Positions 47,013-58,664 are shown, counted from the stretch's first letter. The stretch is 64,000 nt of DNA from Squalus acanthias (GCA_030390025.1 JASTWF010000071.1:992001-1056000), one strand, 5' to 3'. Notes: generated by a model from the sequence alone, not told the origin. Translations and numbers: made by a program.

Positions 47013-49964
47013 TCATGTCCAAATTCCTGCCCGCTCCCCGTAACCCTTAATGCCCTTTACTTCTAGGAAACTGTCTATTTCTGTTTTAAATTTATGTAAT
47101 GATGTAGCTTCTACAGCTTTTTGTGGCAGCATATTCCATGGACCTACCACCCTCTGAGTGAAGTAGTTCCTCCTCATCTCAGTTTTGAAAGAGCAGCCCC
47201 TTATTCTAAGACTATGTCCCCTAGTTCTAGTCTCACCCGTCATCGGGAACATCCTCCCCGCATCCACCCGATCCAACCCCTTCACAATCTTATATGTTTC
47301 AATAAGATCGCCTCTCATTCTTCTGAACTCCAATGAGTAGAGTCCCAATCTACCCAACCTCTCCTCATATGACCACCCCCTCATCCCCGGGATTAACCGA
47401 GTGAACCTTTTTTGCACTGCCTCGAGAGCAAGGATGTCTTTCCTTAAGTAAGGACACCAAAACTGTATGCAGTATTCCAGGTGCGGTCTCACCAATACAT
47501 TGTACAACTGAAGCAATACCTCCCTATTTTTATATTCTATCCCCCTAGCAATGAAAGCCAACATTCCATTTGCCTTCTTAATCACTTGCTGCACCTGCAT
47601 ACTAACCTTTTGAGTTTCGTGCACCAGGACCCCCAGATCCCTTTGCACTTCAGTACTCTCCAGTTTCTTGCCATTAAGATAATAAATTGCTCTAGGATTT
47701 TTCCTGCCAAAGTGCATCACCTCACACTTTCCAGTGTTGTATTCCATCTGCCAAATCTCTGCCCACTTACTTAGCCTGTCTATGTCCCCTTGCAGGTTTT
47801 TTATGTCCTCCTCACTCACTACTTTCCCTCCCATCTTTGTATCATCTGCAAATTTTGATATGTTACACTTGGTCCCTTCCTCCAAATCGTTAATATAGAT
47901 TGTAAAGAGTTGGGGACCCAGCACTGACCCCTGTGGAACACCACTAGTTACTGATTGCCAGTCTGAGAATGAACCATTTATCCCAACTCTTTGCTTTCTG
48001 TTAGATAGCCAATCCTCTATCCATGCCAGAATATTACCCCCAATCCCGTGATTTTTTACCTTAAGCAATAATCTTTTGTGTGGCACCTTGTCAAATGCCT
48101 TTTGGAAGTCTAAATACACTACGTCCACTGGTTCCCCTTTATCCACTCTATATGTTACTTCCTCAAAGAACTCCAGCAAATTTGTCAAACATGACTTCCC
48201 CTTCGTAAAACCATGCTGACTTTGTCCTATTAAATTATGATTATCCAAATGTCCTGTTACTGTTTCCTTAATAATGGACTCCAAAATTTTACCTACCACA
48301 GATGTTAGGCTAACCGGTCTATAGTTACCAGCCTTCTGTCTACTGCCCTTTTTAAATAAGGGTGTTACATTAGCAGTTTTCCAGTCTGCCGGGACCTTAG
48401 CGGAATCCAGGGAGTTTTGAAAAATTATTACCAATGCATCTACAATCCCTACCGCCACTTCCTTCAAGACTCTAGGATGTAAGCCATCAGGTCCAGGTGA
48501 TTTATCCGCCTTGAGTCCCATTATTTTACCGAGTACCACTTCCTTAGTGATTTTGATCGTGTTTAGCTCCTCTCCCCCTATAGCCCCCTGTTTGTCCAGT
48601 GTTGGGATATTCTTAGTGTCCTCTACTGTAAAGACTGATACAAAATATTCATTCAGTGTTTTTGCCATCTCCATATTTCCCACCATTAATTTCCCGGTCT
48701 CATCCTCTAAGGGACCAACATTTACTTTAGCCACCCTTTTTCTTTTTATATAACTATAAAAACTCTTACTATCTGTTTTTATATTTTTTGCTAATTTACT
48801 TTCATAATCTATCTTCCCTTTCTTAATCAATCTTTTTGTTATTTTTTGCTGCCTTTTAAAGTTTTCCCAATCCTCTGTCATCCCACTAGATTTCGCTACC
48901 TTATATGCCCTTGTTTTTAGTCGAATACTATCCTTAATTTCTTTACTTAGCCACGGATGACTGTCCTTTCTTTTACACCCTTTTCTTTTCAGTGGAATAT
49001 ATTTTTTTTGGAAGTTGTAAAATAACTCCTTGAATGTACACCACTGATCATGTGTCGTCTTACCCTTTAATCTATTTTCCCAATCCACTCTACTCAATTC
49101 CGCTCGCATACCTTCATAGTCGCCTTTATTCAAGCTTAGCACGCTTGTTTGAGATCCAACCTTCTCACCCTCTAATTGAATATGGAACTCAACCATGTTA
49201 TGGTCACTCATTCCAAGGGGATCCTTTACTAGGACATTTTTAATTAATCCTGTCTCGTTACACAGGACCAGATCTAAGGTTGCTTGCCCCCTGGTCGGTT
49301 CAGTTACATACTGCTCAAGAAACCCATCCCTAATACACTCAATGAACTCATCCTCAAGGCAGCCCTGCCCCATTTGATTTGTCCAATTAATACGATAGTT
49401 AAAATCCCCCATAATTATAGATGTTCCCTTATTACATGCCTCAACTATTTCCTGATTGATACTCCGTCCAACAGAGTTGCAACTGTTCGGAGGCCTATAG
49501 ACTACGCCCACTAGTGTTTTTTTCCCCTTATTATTCCTTATCTCCACCCAAACTGTTTCATTATCATGATTTTTTGACCCAATATCATTACTCTGTATTA
49601 CAGTGATTCCTTCCTTTATTAACATAGCCACCCCACCTCCCCTTCCTTCCTGCCTGTCCTTCCTGATCGTTAAATAACCTGGTATGTTTAATTCCCAGGC
49701 ATTGTCACCCTGCAGCCATGTTTCTGTAATGGCCACAATATCATAACCATATGTAGTTATTTGTGCCATTAACTCGTCTATTTTGTTACGAATGCTACGT
49801 GCATTCAGATAGAGAACTTTCAAATATGCTTTGTGGCACTTAGTTCCTGCTTTTTCACTTTTTACCACTTTACATTTTACTCCACACACTCTGTCCCTTC
49901 CTGCCACGCTCTGATTTGTGATTCCCCTACTGCTACCTATGTCTATGACCCTCTCTGTTGTCAT
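47013..49964 (-). CDS. CR1-clade LINE ORF2 (APE endonuclease + reverse transcriptase), uninterrupted 983 aa
   Basis: YLNARSI, ITETW, GDFN, SDHN endonuclease motifs; [11 protein letters not shown] and KFADDTK RT motifs; CR1 C-terminal VRPHLEY...TRGH. Confidence 0.95.
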   Translation of the reverse strand: MTTERVIDIGSSRGITNQSVAGRDRVCGVKCKVVKSEKAGTKCHKAYLKVLYLNARSIRNKIDELMAQITTYGYDIVAITETWLQGDNAWELNIPGYLTIRKDRQEGRGGGVAMLIKEGITVIQSNDIGSKNHDNETVWVEIRNNKGKKTLVGVVYRPPNSCNSVGRSINQEIVEACNKGTSIIMGDFNYRINWTNQMGQGCLEDEFIECIRDGFLEQYVTEPTRGQATLDLVLCNETGLIKNVLVKDPLGMSDHNMVEFHIQLEGEKVGSQTSVLSLNKGDYEGMRAELSRVDWENRLKGKTTHDQWCTFKELFYNFQKKYIPLKRKGCKRKDSHPWLSKEIKDSIRLKTRAYKVAKSSGMTEDWENFKRQQKITKRLIKKGKIDYESKLAKNIKTDSKSFYSYIKRKRVAKVNVGPLEDETGKLMVGNMEMAKTLNEYFVSVFTVEDTKNIPTLDKQGAIGGEELNTIKITKEVVLGKIMGLKADKSPGPDGLHPRVLKEVAVGIVDALVIIFQNSLDSAKVPADWKTANVTPLFKKGSRQKAGNYRPVSLTSVVGKILESIIKETVTGHLDNHNLIGQSQHGFTKGKSCLTNLLEFFEEVTYRVDKGEPVDVVYLDFQKAFDKVPHKRLLLKVKNHGIGGNILAWIEDWLSNRKQRVGINGSFSDWQSVTSGVPQGSVLGPQLFTIYINDLEEGTKCNISKFADDTKMGGKVVSEEDIKNLQGDIDRLSKWAEIWQMEYNTGKCEVMHFGRKNPRAIYYLNGKKLESTEVQRDLGVLVHETQKVSMQVQQVIKKANGMLAFIARGIEYKNREVLLQLYNVLVRPHLEYCIQFWCPYLRKDILALEAVQKRFTRLIPGMRGWSYEERLGRLGLYSLEFRRMRGDLIETYKIVKGLDRVDAGRMFPMTGETRTRGHSLRIRGCSFKTEMRRNYFTQRVVGPWNMLPQKAVEATSLHKFKTEIDSFLEVKGIKGYGERAGIWT

Positions 49965-50002
49965 TTTTATTTTTTGCTCTCTTGAAACCTCCCCCCCACT
50001 AA

Positions 50003-50475
50003 TTAGTTTAAAGCCCTCTCCACAGCCCTAGTTATTCGATTCGCCAGGACACTAGTCCCAGCACTGGCCAAGTGAAGTCCGTCCCAACGGAACAGCTCTC
50101 TCCTGCCCCAGTACTGGTGCCAGTGTCCCAAGAAGCAAAACCCATTTTTCCCACACCAGTCTTTGAGCCACGCATTCAACTCCCTGATTTTATTTACCCT
50201 AGCCAAATTTGCTCGTGGCTCAGGTAGTAATCCAGAGATTATTACCCTCGAGGTTCTGCTTTTTAATTTGGCCCCTAGCTGCTCAAACTCCCTCAGCAGA
50301 ACCTCTTTCCTTGTCCTATCTATGTCATTGGTACCAACATGGACCACGACAACTGGATCCTCCCCCTCCCACTCCAAGTTTCTCTCCAGCCCAGAGGAGA
50401 TGTCCTTAACCCTGGCACCGGGCAGGCAACACAGCCTTCGGGACTCTCGCTCTTGGCTGCAAAGAACCTATCTAC
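50003..50475 (-). CDS. CR1 LINE ORF1 C-terminal part (SGNH esterase-like domain), cut by the assembly gap
   Basis: VVVVHVGTNDI and WDGLHL motifs; directly upstream of ORF2. Confidence 0.85.
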
Positions 50476-50975
50476 NNNNNNNNNNNNNNNNNNNNNNNNN
50501 NNNNNNNNNNNNNNNNNNNNNNNNNNNNNNNNNNNNNNNNNNNNNNNNNNNNNNNNNNNNNNNNNNNNNNNNNNNNNNNNNNNNNNNNNNNNNNNNNNNN
50601 NNNNNNNNNNNNNNNNNNNNNNNNNNNNNNNNNNNNNNNNNNNNNNNNNNNNNNNNNNNNNNNNNNNNNNNNNNNNNNNNNNNNNNNNNNNNNNNNNNNN
50701 NNNNNNNNNNNNNNNNNNNNNNNNNNNNNNNNNNNNNNNNNNNNNNNNNNNNNNNNNNNNNNNNNNNNNNNNNNNNNNNNNNNNNNNNNNNNNNNNNNNN
50801 NNNNNNNNNNNNNNNNNNNNNNNNNNNNNNNNNNNNNNNNNNNNNNNNNNNNNNNNNNNNNNNNNNNNNNNNNNNNNNNNNNNNNNNNNNNNNNNNNNNN
50901 NNNNNNNNNNNNNNNNNNNNNNNNNNNNNNNNNNNNNNNNNNNNNNNNNNNNNNNNNNNNNNNNNNNNNNNNNNN
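50476..50975. other. Assembly gap (500 N)
   Basis: Run of exactly 500 N, a likely scaffolding placeholder. Confidence 0.99.
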
Positions 50976-51152
50976 TCCCCCCCTCTCTCTCTCTCTCTCT
51001 CTCTCCCCCCCCTCTCTCTCTCCCCCCCTCCCTCTTCCTCATATTCCACTCCTATATATCTCTCAGCATTGAGTTGCGGGAGCTCTCCGGACCGTGAGTC
51101 CTGCTGCCAGTGCTCCAGGTGTTGCTAATTCTTTCTCCTCTCCCTGGTTTAG

Positions 51153-51295
51153 GAGGTAAAAGTAAGTCAGTGGAGTTGGAGGATGTGAAGTTCCATCAGT
51201 GCGTGAGACTGTCCCGCTTTGACAACGACCGGACAATTTCCTTCATTCCACCGGATGGAGATTTTGAACTAATGTCTTATCGGCTCAACATCCAC
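51153..51295 (+). CDS. AP1M2: AP-1 mu subunit exon (internal)
   Basis: 143 nt; [47 protein letters not shown]; FDND and GDF are mu1B-type. Confidence 0.9.
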
Positions 51296-51627
51296 GTGAG
51301 TGAAGAATGTTCTGAATGATTTTTCCCAGTTTTCTGTGTATCTGCTGAAGATCATGAAGTAGTCAACCTTCATAAATGCCCTGACTATGCAGGAAACCTT
51401 GCTGGAACATTGCTTCGGGCATGGCATGGTTCTCTGCCCTTGGTCAAAATAATAGGAAATGTATTCAGTTGCATAGAAATGCACCATGAATCCAAATATA
51501 CAACATAGTGGCATTTAACCTCTGCTATAGGCTTTAATAGGCATTGCAAACCGTTTACTGTGTATCCCAGTTCTCCGTTTCAAAGTCCAGGCGCCCAATA
51601 AAAATTAGACATGAGTTCCTGGGAGCG

Positions 51628-52755
51628 CCCCCTCGCCCACCGAGCACCCCTCACCCGTGGAGGGCACCCTCGCCCACCGAGCACCCCTCACCCGTGGAGG
51701 GCACCCTCGCCCACCGAGCACCCCTCACCCGTGGAGGGCACCCTCGCCCACCGAGCACCCCTCACCCGTGGAGGGCACCCTCGCCCACCGAGCACCCCTC
51801 ACCCGTGGAGGGCACCCTCGCCCACCGAGCACCCCTCACCCGTGGAGGGCACCCTCGCCCACCGAGCACCCCTCACCCGTGGAGAGCACCCCCGCCCACT
51901 GAGCACCCCTCACCCGTGGAGGGCACCCTCGCCCACCGAGCACCCCTCACCCGTGGAGGGCACCCTCGCCCACCGAGCACCCCTCACCCGTGGAGGGCAC
52001 CCTCGCCCACCGAGCACCCCTCACCCGTGGAGGGCACCCTCGCCCACCGAGCACCCCTCACCCGTGGAGGGCACCCCTCGCCCACCGAGCACCCCTCACC
52101 CATGGAGGGCACCCCCGCCCACCGAGCACCCCGCCCACTGAGCACCCCTCACCCGTGGAGGGCACCCCCGCCCACCGAGCACCCCTCACCCGTGGAGGGC
52201 ACCCCCGCCCACCGTGCACCCCTCACCCGTGGAGGGCACCCTTGCCCACCGAGCACCCCTCACCCTTGGAGGGCACCCTCGCCCACCGAGCACCCCTCAC
52301 CCGTGGAGGGCCCCCTCGCCCACCGAGCACCCCTCACCCGTGGAGGGCACCCTCGCCCACCGAGCACCCCTCACCCGCGGAGGGCCCACCGAGCACCCCT
52401 CTCTTGTGGAGGGCCCCCTCGCCCACCGAGCACCCCTCACCCGTGGAGGACCCCATCGCCCACCGAGCACCCCTCACCCGTGGAGGACCCCATCGCCCAC
52501 CGAGCACCCCTCTCTTGTGGAGGGCCCCCTCGCCCACCGAGGACCCCATCGCCCACCGAGCACCCCTCACCCGTGGAGGGCCCACCGAGCACCCCTCACC
52601 CGTGGAGGACCCCATCGCCCACAGAGCACCCCTCTCTTGTGGAGGGCCCCCTCGCCCCTACCAAGCACCCCTCACCCGTGGAGGGCACCCTCGCCCCTAC
52701 CGAGCACCCCTCACTTGTGGAGGGACCCCTCGCCCACCAAGCACCCCTCGCCCTC
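51628..52755. repeat. GC-rich minisatellite, 37-bp unit CCCTCGCCCACCGAGCACCCCTCACCCGTGGAGGGCA (~30 copies)
   Basis: Tandem copies, homogeneous at the 5' end and degenerate toward the 3' end. Confidence 0.97.
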
Positions 52756-53243
52756 GTGTAAAAGAAAAACGAAGGGCTGATTTTCACTTTAGGCGGTGGC
52801 GGGAAACCGGTGGTAGCGGATCAGACGCTCGTTATATGCACCGTCCAAGCTGCCTTTCCATTTCACTGTGGGGACTGAAGGACAGTCGACCTGCTGCAGG
52901 CCATTCGTTATCCTCGATGCATCACGAAGAGTTTTGCAATGTCTGCAGTACTCTACCAGCAACGGCAGCCCAAGACAAAGTACCAACGGCATTCAGATGA
53001 AGTTGGGGGTGGGGTGGGGGGCTGAGTGCCCGTGGGGCAAGTTGCGGGGGGGTGTGGGGCGGCTGAGTGCCCGTGGGGCAAGTTGTGGGGGGGGGCTGAG
53101 TGCCCGTGGGCGAGGTGGGTACTGAGTGCCCGTGGGCGAGGTGGGTACTGAATGTCCGTGGGCAAGTTGGGGCTGAGTATCCTGATGCGTAGTTGGGACG
53201 TTTTGTGATGTGGCAATTCATTAAAAACATTCTCTGTTTCCAG

Positions 53244-53315
53244 GTGAAACCTCTGATTTGGATTGAATCGGTCATCGAGAAATTTTCTCACAGCCGAGTT
53301 GAATATATGATCAAG
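53244..53315 (+). CDS. AP1M2: AP-1 mu subunit exon
   Basis: 72 nt; VKPLIWIESVIEKFSHSRVEYMIK; KFSHSRV is mu1B-type. Confidence 0.9.
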
Positions 53316-54299
53316 GTAAAAAAAAAAAACACCTCAAAACTCGAGTTGTGAATAATAAGTGACCAATTCAAACTAACTATGCTTCTCCTTACTTTATTGA
53401 AGCTACTATGGTTACGTTTCCTGTGAACTTCCTTCTCTTGTTGATCCATCCTCTTCCTTCCTCCACCCTGCATCCTCCTATGTTGAAATCCAGACTCCTC
53501 GCACTACTCCAACTCCAATTCACTCTTTCCCAGTACCTCAAAACCATGAACCTGCTCTTGCCTCCCTCAGTCCTCCCACAAACTACGACACCTGATTTAT
53601 TTTTTTTAATTGCACGCTGTAACTCTCTGAGACACCGGCCTAGGTTTCCCTGTCGCGTTACCCGCTCATTTTAATGGATTATCGCTGCCATTATTGGAAA
53701 ACTTAGACCACTGCGTACATTTCGACCATTTGTGTGTGTGTGTGTGTGGTTTTTTTAAATGGGGACATATCTTTTTTTTTAATGCACACAATTCATTTTG
53801 GGGTGTTTCTTTTCTGGCTTTTCAAGTTGGTCAGTGCCGGAGAGTATCGCGCTCTCACCAAGTCCCGTTCATCCATCACCCCTGTGCTCACCGACCAACA
53901 TTGGCTCCCGTCCGACAATGTTTTATACATATTTTTTTTAAATCCTCATCCTCGTGTTCAAATCCCTCCATGACCTCATCCCTCCCCATCTCTGTAAGTT
54001 CCTACAACCCTCCAACAATTCTGGCCTCTTATGCACCCCCTACTTTCACCCACCATTGGTGGCCGTGCCTTCAGCCGTCTCGGCCCGAAGCTCTGGAATT
54101 CCCTCCCTAAACCTCTCTGCCTCTCTCTCCTCCTTTAAGATGCTCCTTAAAACCTCCCTCTTTGACCAAGTGTTTGGTCACCTGTACTAATGTCTACTAC
54201 TTTGGCTTGGTGTCAATTTTTGTCTGATTTACGCTTCTGTGAAGCGGCTGCAAATTATTGTTGTTGAGGGACAGTAACTTTTCCCCACCACCATAAATA

Positions 54300-54910
54300 C
54301 TGTGGCTACAAGAGCAGGTCAGAGGCTGGGTATTCTGCAGCGAGTGTCTCACCTCCTGACTCCCCAAAGCCTTTCCACCATCTACAAGCCACAAGTCAGG
54401 AGTGTGATGGAACACTCTCCACTTGCCTGGATGAGTGCAGCTCCAACAACACTCAAGAAGCTCGACACCATCCAGGGCAAAGCAGCCCGCTTGATTGGCA
54501 CCCCATCCACCACCTTAAACATTCACTCCCTCCACCACCGGCGCACCGTGGCTGCAGTGTGCACCATCTACAAGATGCACTGCAGCAACTCGCCAAGGCT
54601 TCTTCGGCAGCACCTCCCAAACCCGCGACCTCTTCCACCTGGAAGGACAAGGGCAGCAGGCGCACGGGAGCACCACCACCTCCAAGTTCCTCTCCAAGTC
54701 ACACACCATCCTGACTTGGAAATATATTGCCGATCCTTCATCGTCGCTGGGTCAAAATCCTGGAACTCCCTCCCTAACAGCACTGGGAGCACCTTCACCA
54801 CACGGACTGCAGAGGTTCAAGAAGGCGGCTCACCACCACCTTCTCGAGGGCAATTAGGGATGGGCAATAAATGCTGTCATTGCCAGCGACGCCCTGATCC
54901 CATAAACGAA
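54300..54910 (+). mobile_element. Non-LTR retrotransposon 3' fragment (CR1/L2/Jockey group, distinct family)
   Basis: IYKPQVRSVMEHSPLAW...LDTIQGKAARLI...SLHHRR...WNSLP. Confidence 0.75.
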
Positions 54911-55444
54911 TAACAAAAAAACCTTCCAATCTGAGGTTAAATACTGAGTAAAGCTCTCTCTCTTGCTTTGCTCTCGTAATGTGCTTTAAGCCCAACCTCA
55001 GGAAAAACCACATGCTGTACTGCGGCCCTGTGACTGTTCCACTTCCAGCACCAGTGATTCTTTGTGGCATCGCTGAAGCCTTGGAATTAAAGCTAATTGG
55101 TGCCATAAATTTATGAGCATCAGGACAGTGGGTTCCCAGGCTGTCGGAGCTGGTAAACAGACTTGTTCCAGTCAGAACCTCCGCAGCGGCAGACAGGGAG
55201 ACGGAACTTTCGTGCCCTGCCAGTCTGGGTAGATTCGGAGCCAAGCCCAGCATATCGGGATGGCGCGCTCCATCACACGGGGAGTGGTGGACTCAAAAGC
55301 TTCCTGATTTCCTTGCCAAAGCAAAATATGGTCTTTGTGCAGCCATGAAAGGAGCCGGCAGCAGGATGTTTAAGATCAACCCTGGCAGAGAGAAAGAAGC
55401 TTTCCATCATGGATATGGTCACATTGGCTGTAACTGAGGACTTG

Positions 55445-55810
55445 GCCACTGGCTCAGTTGGCAGCGCTCTCGCGCCTCTGAGTCAGAAGGTTGTGGGTTC
55501 AAATCCCGCTCCAGCGACTTGAGCACAAAAATCTAGGCTGATGCTCCAGTGCGGTGCTGAGGGAGTGCTGCACTGTCGGAGGTGCCGTCTTTCGGATGAG
55601 ACGTTAAACCGAGGCCCCCGTCTGCTCTCTCGGGTGGATGTAAAAGATCCCACAGCACTATTTGGAATAAGAGCAGGAGTGCTCTACCCTGGTGTCCTGG
55701 CCAATATTTATCAGATGATCTGGTCATTATCACAATGCTGTTTGTGGGAGCTTGCTGTGCTTCTGCAAATTAGCTTCTGCGTTTCCTACATCCTACGACA
55801 GTGACTACAT
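55445..55810 (+). mobile_element. DeuSINE (SacSINE1-like)
   Basis: Same consensus, 3'-truncated. Confidence 0.8.
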
Positions 55811-56178
55811 GGTTTGGGACTGAGCCGTGCAGACCAGGTAAGCCTATCTCTGACGAGGGGTACTAGACTGCCAGGGGTACCTCCTGCTGGTAGTTATCCA
55901 GTAACCCCCTGCGAAAAGAGTCCGAGTGTCAGATGACAGAAATAACCTTGGTTGTGATGCCCATGTGGTGGAATAGCCAGCTGGCAACTCCCTGTCCAGA
56001 TTCACCTATGAAGAGCGGCCGCTTGAGTGAGATACTGGAGGGCTGCAACTGCCCACAGGACCACACTCCAAGAGGAGGCCCTTCGGAAAAGGAGGGGAGA
56101 AAATTGGAGGCGGGCGGGGAGATGTTAATATTGTTCAGAGACAAATTAGTTGACAATAAATTTGTTCTTTTCCTACAG

Positions 56179-56337
56179 GCTAAAAGTCAGTTCAAGAAAC
56201 AATCCGTAGCCAACAATGTCGAGATCATTATCCCAGTGCCCAGCGATGCGGATTCACCCAAGTTCAAGACTAGTGTGGGCAGTGCCAAGTGGGTTCCTGA
56301 AAATAACACTGTGGTGTGGACCATCAAATCCTTACCT
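56179..56337 (+). CDS. AP1M2: AP-1 mu subunit exon
   Basis: 159 nt; AKSQFKKQSVANNVEIIIPVPSDADSPKFKTSVGSAKWVPENNTVVWTIKSLP; KKQSV and TSVGSA are mu1B-type. Confidence 0.9.
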
Positions 56338-56353
56338 GTGAGTGGGAGTCATT

Positions 56354-57122
56354 GGGCTGGATTTTGTCTTGGGGTCGGGTTGGGGTCGTGTTACCCGCAT
56401 TTCGTGTTGCCCCCCCGACTCCAGATTAATGTGGATGAATGATGCAATTTTCACTTAATTGGGCAATTGAGTTCCAGCATGTGGGAACCCATGAACCAAT
56501 TAGTGGTTTCAGTCTGAAAGTCGCCTCTGATGATGTCATCATTGCAGGTCAGAGACTGACTGACTGGTCTCAGAGATTGCCTGGCCTTTGCTGTGAGAGG
56601 ACCTGGATGCAAAATGAGCAGCAGCTCGGAGAGGGAGAGAGAAGAGAGAATTTTTTTTCCATCCAGGTCCTCTCACAGCAAGGCCAGGCAGTCTCTGAAG
56701 ACATTCAATGCAGCAGCATCAGAGGCGACTTTCAGACCTAATACTACTACTACTTTCATCACAATACTACTACTACCTTCATCACATCTCCGTTGTAATA
56801 GTGGACCTGCAGCTGATAGTCAGCTATCCACTTGTGCTCCTGCCAGGTTTCACTGGCGTGTTTCACATCAGGCGTACTTCACGTCGGAAAAGGGTTAAAC
56901 TAGCTAAAACGTTTCAAAATGGCATTACAGAGCCAATTTAGGGCTTGTTATGGGCTTTAATGGCCTCTCCTGCCTCTTGGAGGCGGGACGGAGTCGGGAA
57001 CCCCGCGACTGATTTTGTCAAAATTGCGTGGAGGCGGAATGGGGTCGGGATCCCCGAATCTGCAACTTTAACCCCCCACACGCCTCCAAACCCGACTCCG
57101 CGGGTCATTGAAAATCCAGCCC
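56354..57122. mobile_element. PIF/Harbinger-type MITE
   Basis: TIR GGGCTGGATTTT / AAAATCCAGCCC; 3-bp TSD ATT. Confidence 0.75.
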
Positions 57123-57159
57123 ATTGTGTTGTTTGTGGCAGTTCCAACGAGCGCTTCCG

Positions 57160-57610
57160 TGTCAGCTGTGGCTCTGTGGGTCGCACTCTCATCCCTGAGT
57201 CAGAAGGTTGTGGGTTCGAGTCCCACTCCAGAGACTTGAGCACAAAAATCTAGGCTGACACTCCCAGTGCAGTGCTGAGGGAGCGCTGCACTGTCGGAGG
57301 TGCCATCTTTCAGATGAGACGTTAAACCGAGGCCCCGTCTGCTCTCTAAAAGATCCCATGGCACTATTTCGAAGAAGAGTAGGGGAATTCTCCCCGGTGT
57401 CCTGGGCCAATATTTATCCCTCAATCAACATCACTAAGAACAGATCACGATCACATTGTTGTTTGTGGGAGCTTGCTGTGCGCAAAATGGCTGCTGCGTT
57501 TCCTACATTACAAACAGTGACTGCACTTCAAAAAGTACTTCATTGGCTGTAAAGCGCTTTGGGACGTCCTCAGAATGTGAAAAGCGCGATAGAAATGCAA
57601 GTTCGTTCTT
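57160..57610 (+). mobile_element. DeuSINE (SacSINE1-like)
   Basis: Full-length copy. More degenerate copies at ~4230-4620, 15636-16695, 21590-21885, 36990-37195 and 59835-60150. Confidence 0.85.
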
Positions 57611-57733
57611 TTTTAAAAAGGGAGGGTATAAAAGGATATGAAGAAAGGGCCTTGAAATGGAATTCGGTGTGATGGGGTGAATGTGCTCCTTTGGTGCTGT
57701 AATTTCTGATTGCTCACTATTATATTGCACAAT

Positions 57734-58462
57734 GGGCCGGATATCCCAACCCCCACGGGTGTGTACGAGCTGTGTCCGCGCCCGTAGGGTCCTCACAAGT
57801 GCCGGTTTCAGGCGTGCGAAGCGCATGCGCTAAAACCCGACGCTTCCGATCTGTCAAGAATCCTCTTGACAGATCGGACGCCTGCCCGGGAGAAGGGCCT
57901 CCGCGGGCGGAGAGTTCCGCTTTCTGCACAACCTCCGTCCGCTGAAAACCTTGAAAAATCTTACGCCTGGTAAAAGCAGGTGAAAGGCCTGCTTTTTACC
58001 AGCATAAGAGTTTAAAAAATTTAAAAATACATTCTTTTTTCACTCATTTATAATTTAAAAATACTTTCTAAAAAAAAAGATAAGTTTATTTTTAGCCCCG
58101 TAAAAAACTTTAATTATTTTTTTCAAAAAATTTAATTTTTGTTTAAAATAATTTAATGTAATTTTAACTAATTTTAAATACGTGATTTTAAAAAACATTT
58201 GATTTAATGATCTATGCGTAGAGACCTGTCAAAAGTGTGAAGGGGGATTCCCTTCTTTGATTGGTTCCCCATGGCCCACTTGATCCCAGGGATGCATGCA
58301 AACCGCCTGGGCCTCTGGGATACCTGGGCCTCTGCCCACACGGACCCAGAGAGGCCCAGGATCGCAAGACTCGGGACCTACGGAGCCAGCAGGTAAGTTC
58401 ATAGATTGTTTCCGATCGGAAGCATCCGCCTGCAGGAAGCCACTGATCGGAAAATCCGGCTC
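57734..58462. mobile_element. PIF/Harbinger-type MITE
   Basis: TIR GGGCCGGATAT / AAATCCGGCTC; 3-bp TSD AAT; AT-rich centre. Confidence 0.7.
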
Positions 58463-58501
58463 AATTTATTATTTAAATCAGTCTTAAGATTTTAATGGCT
58501 T

Positions 58502-58536
<35 letters not shown>

Positions 58537-58538
58537 AG

Positions 58539-58664
58539 GGCGGGAAGGAATATCTAATGCGGGCTCATTTTGGCCTACCCAGCGTGGAGAATGAAACTAC
58601 TGAAGGCAAACCACCGATCACCGTGAAGTTCGAAATCCCGTATTTCACCGTATCAGGGGTGCAG
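58539..58664 (+). CDS. AP1M2: AP-1 mu subunit exon
   Basis: 126 nt; GGKEYLMRAHFGLPSVENETTEGKPPITVKFEIPYFTVSGVQ; a (CT)n tract precedes the acceptor. Confidence 0.9.

Larger units (their letters stand above)
46770..50475 (-). mobile_element. Long CR1 LINE (ORF1 part + ORF2 + 3' UTR with 8-bp tail repeats)
   Basis: ORFs above plus (AAGAACAT)n tail at ~46770-46795 on the plus strand. Confidence 0.92.

Noticed and set aside
50163-51128. ORFs spanning the N run
   Set aside because: Artefacts of translating through Ns.
51544-53000. Proline-rich 405/336-aa ORFs
   Set aside because: Translations of the 37-bp minisatellite inside an AP1M2 intron.
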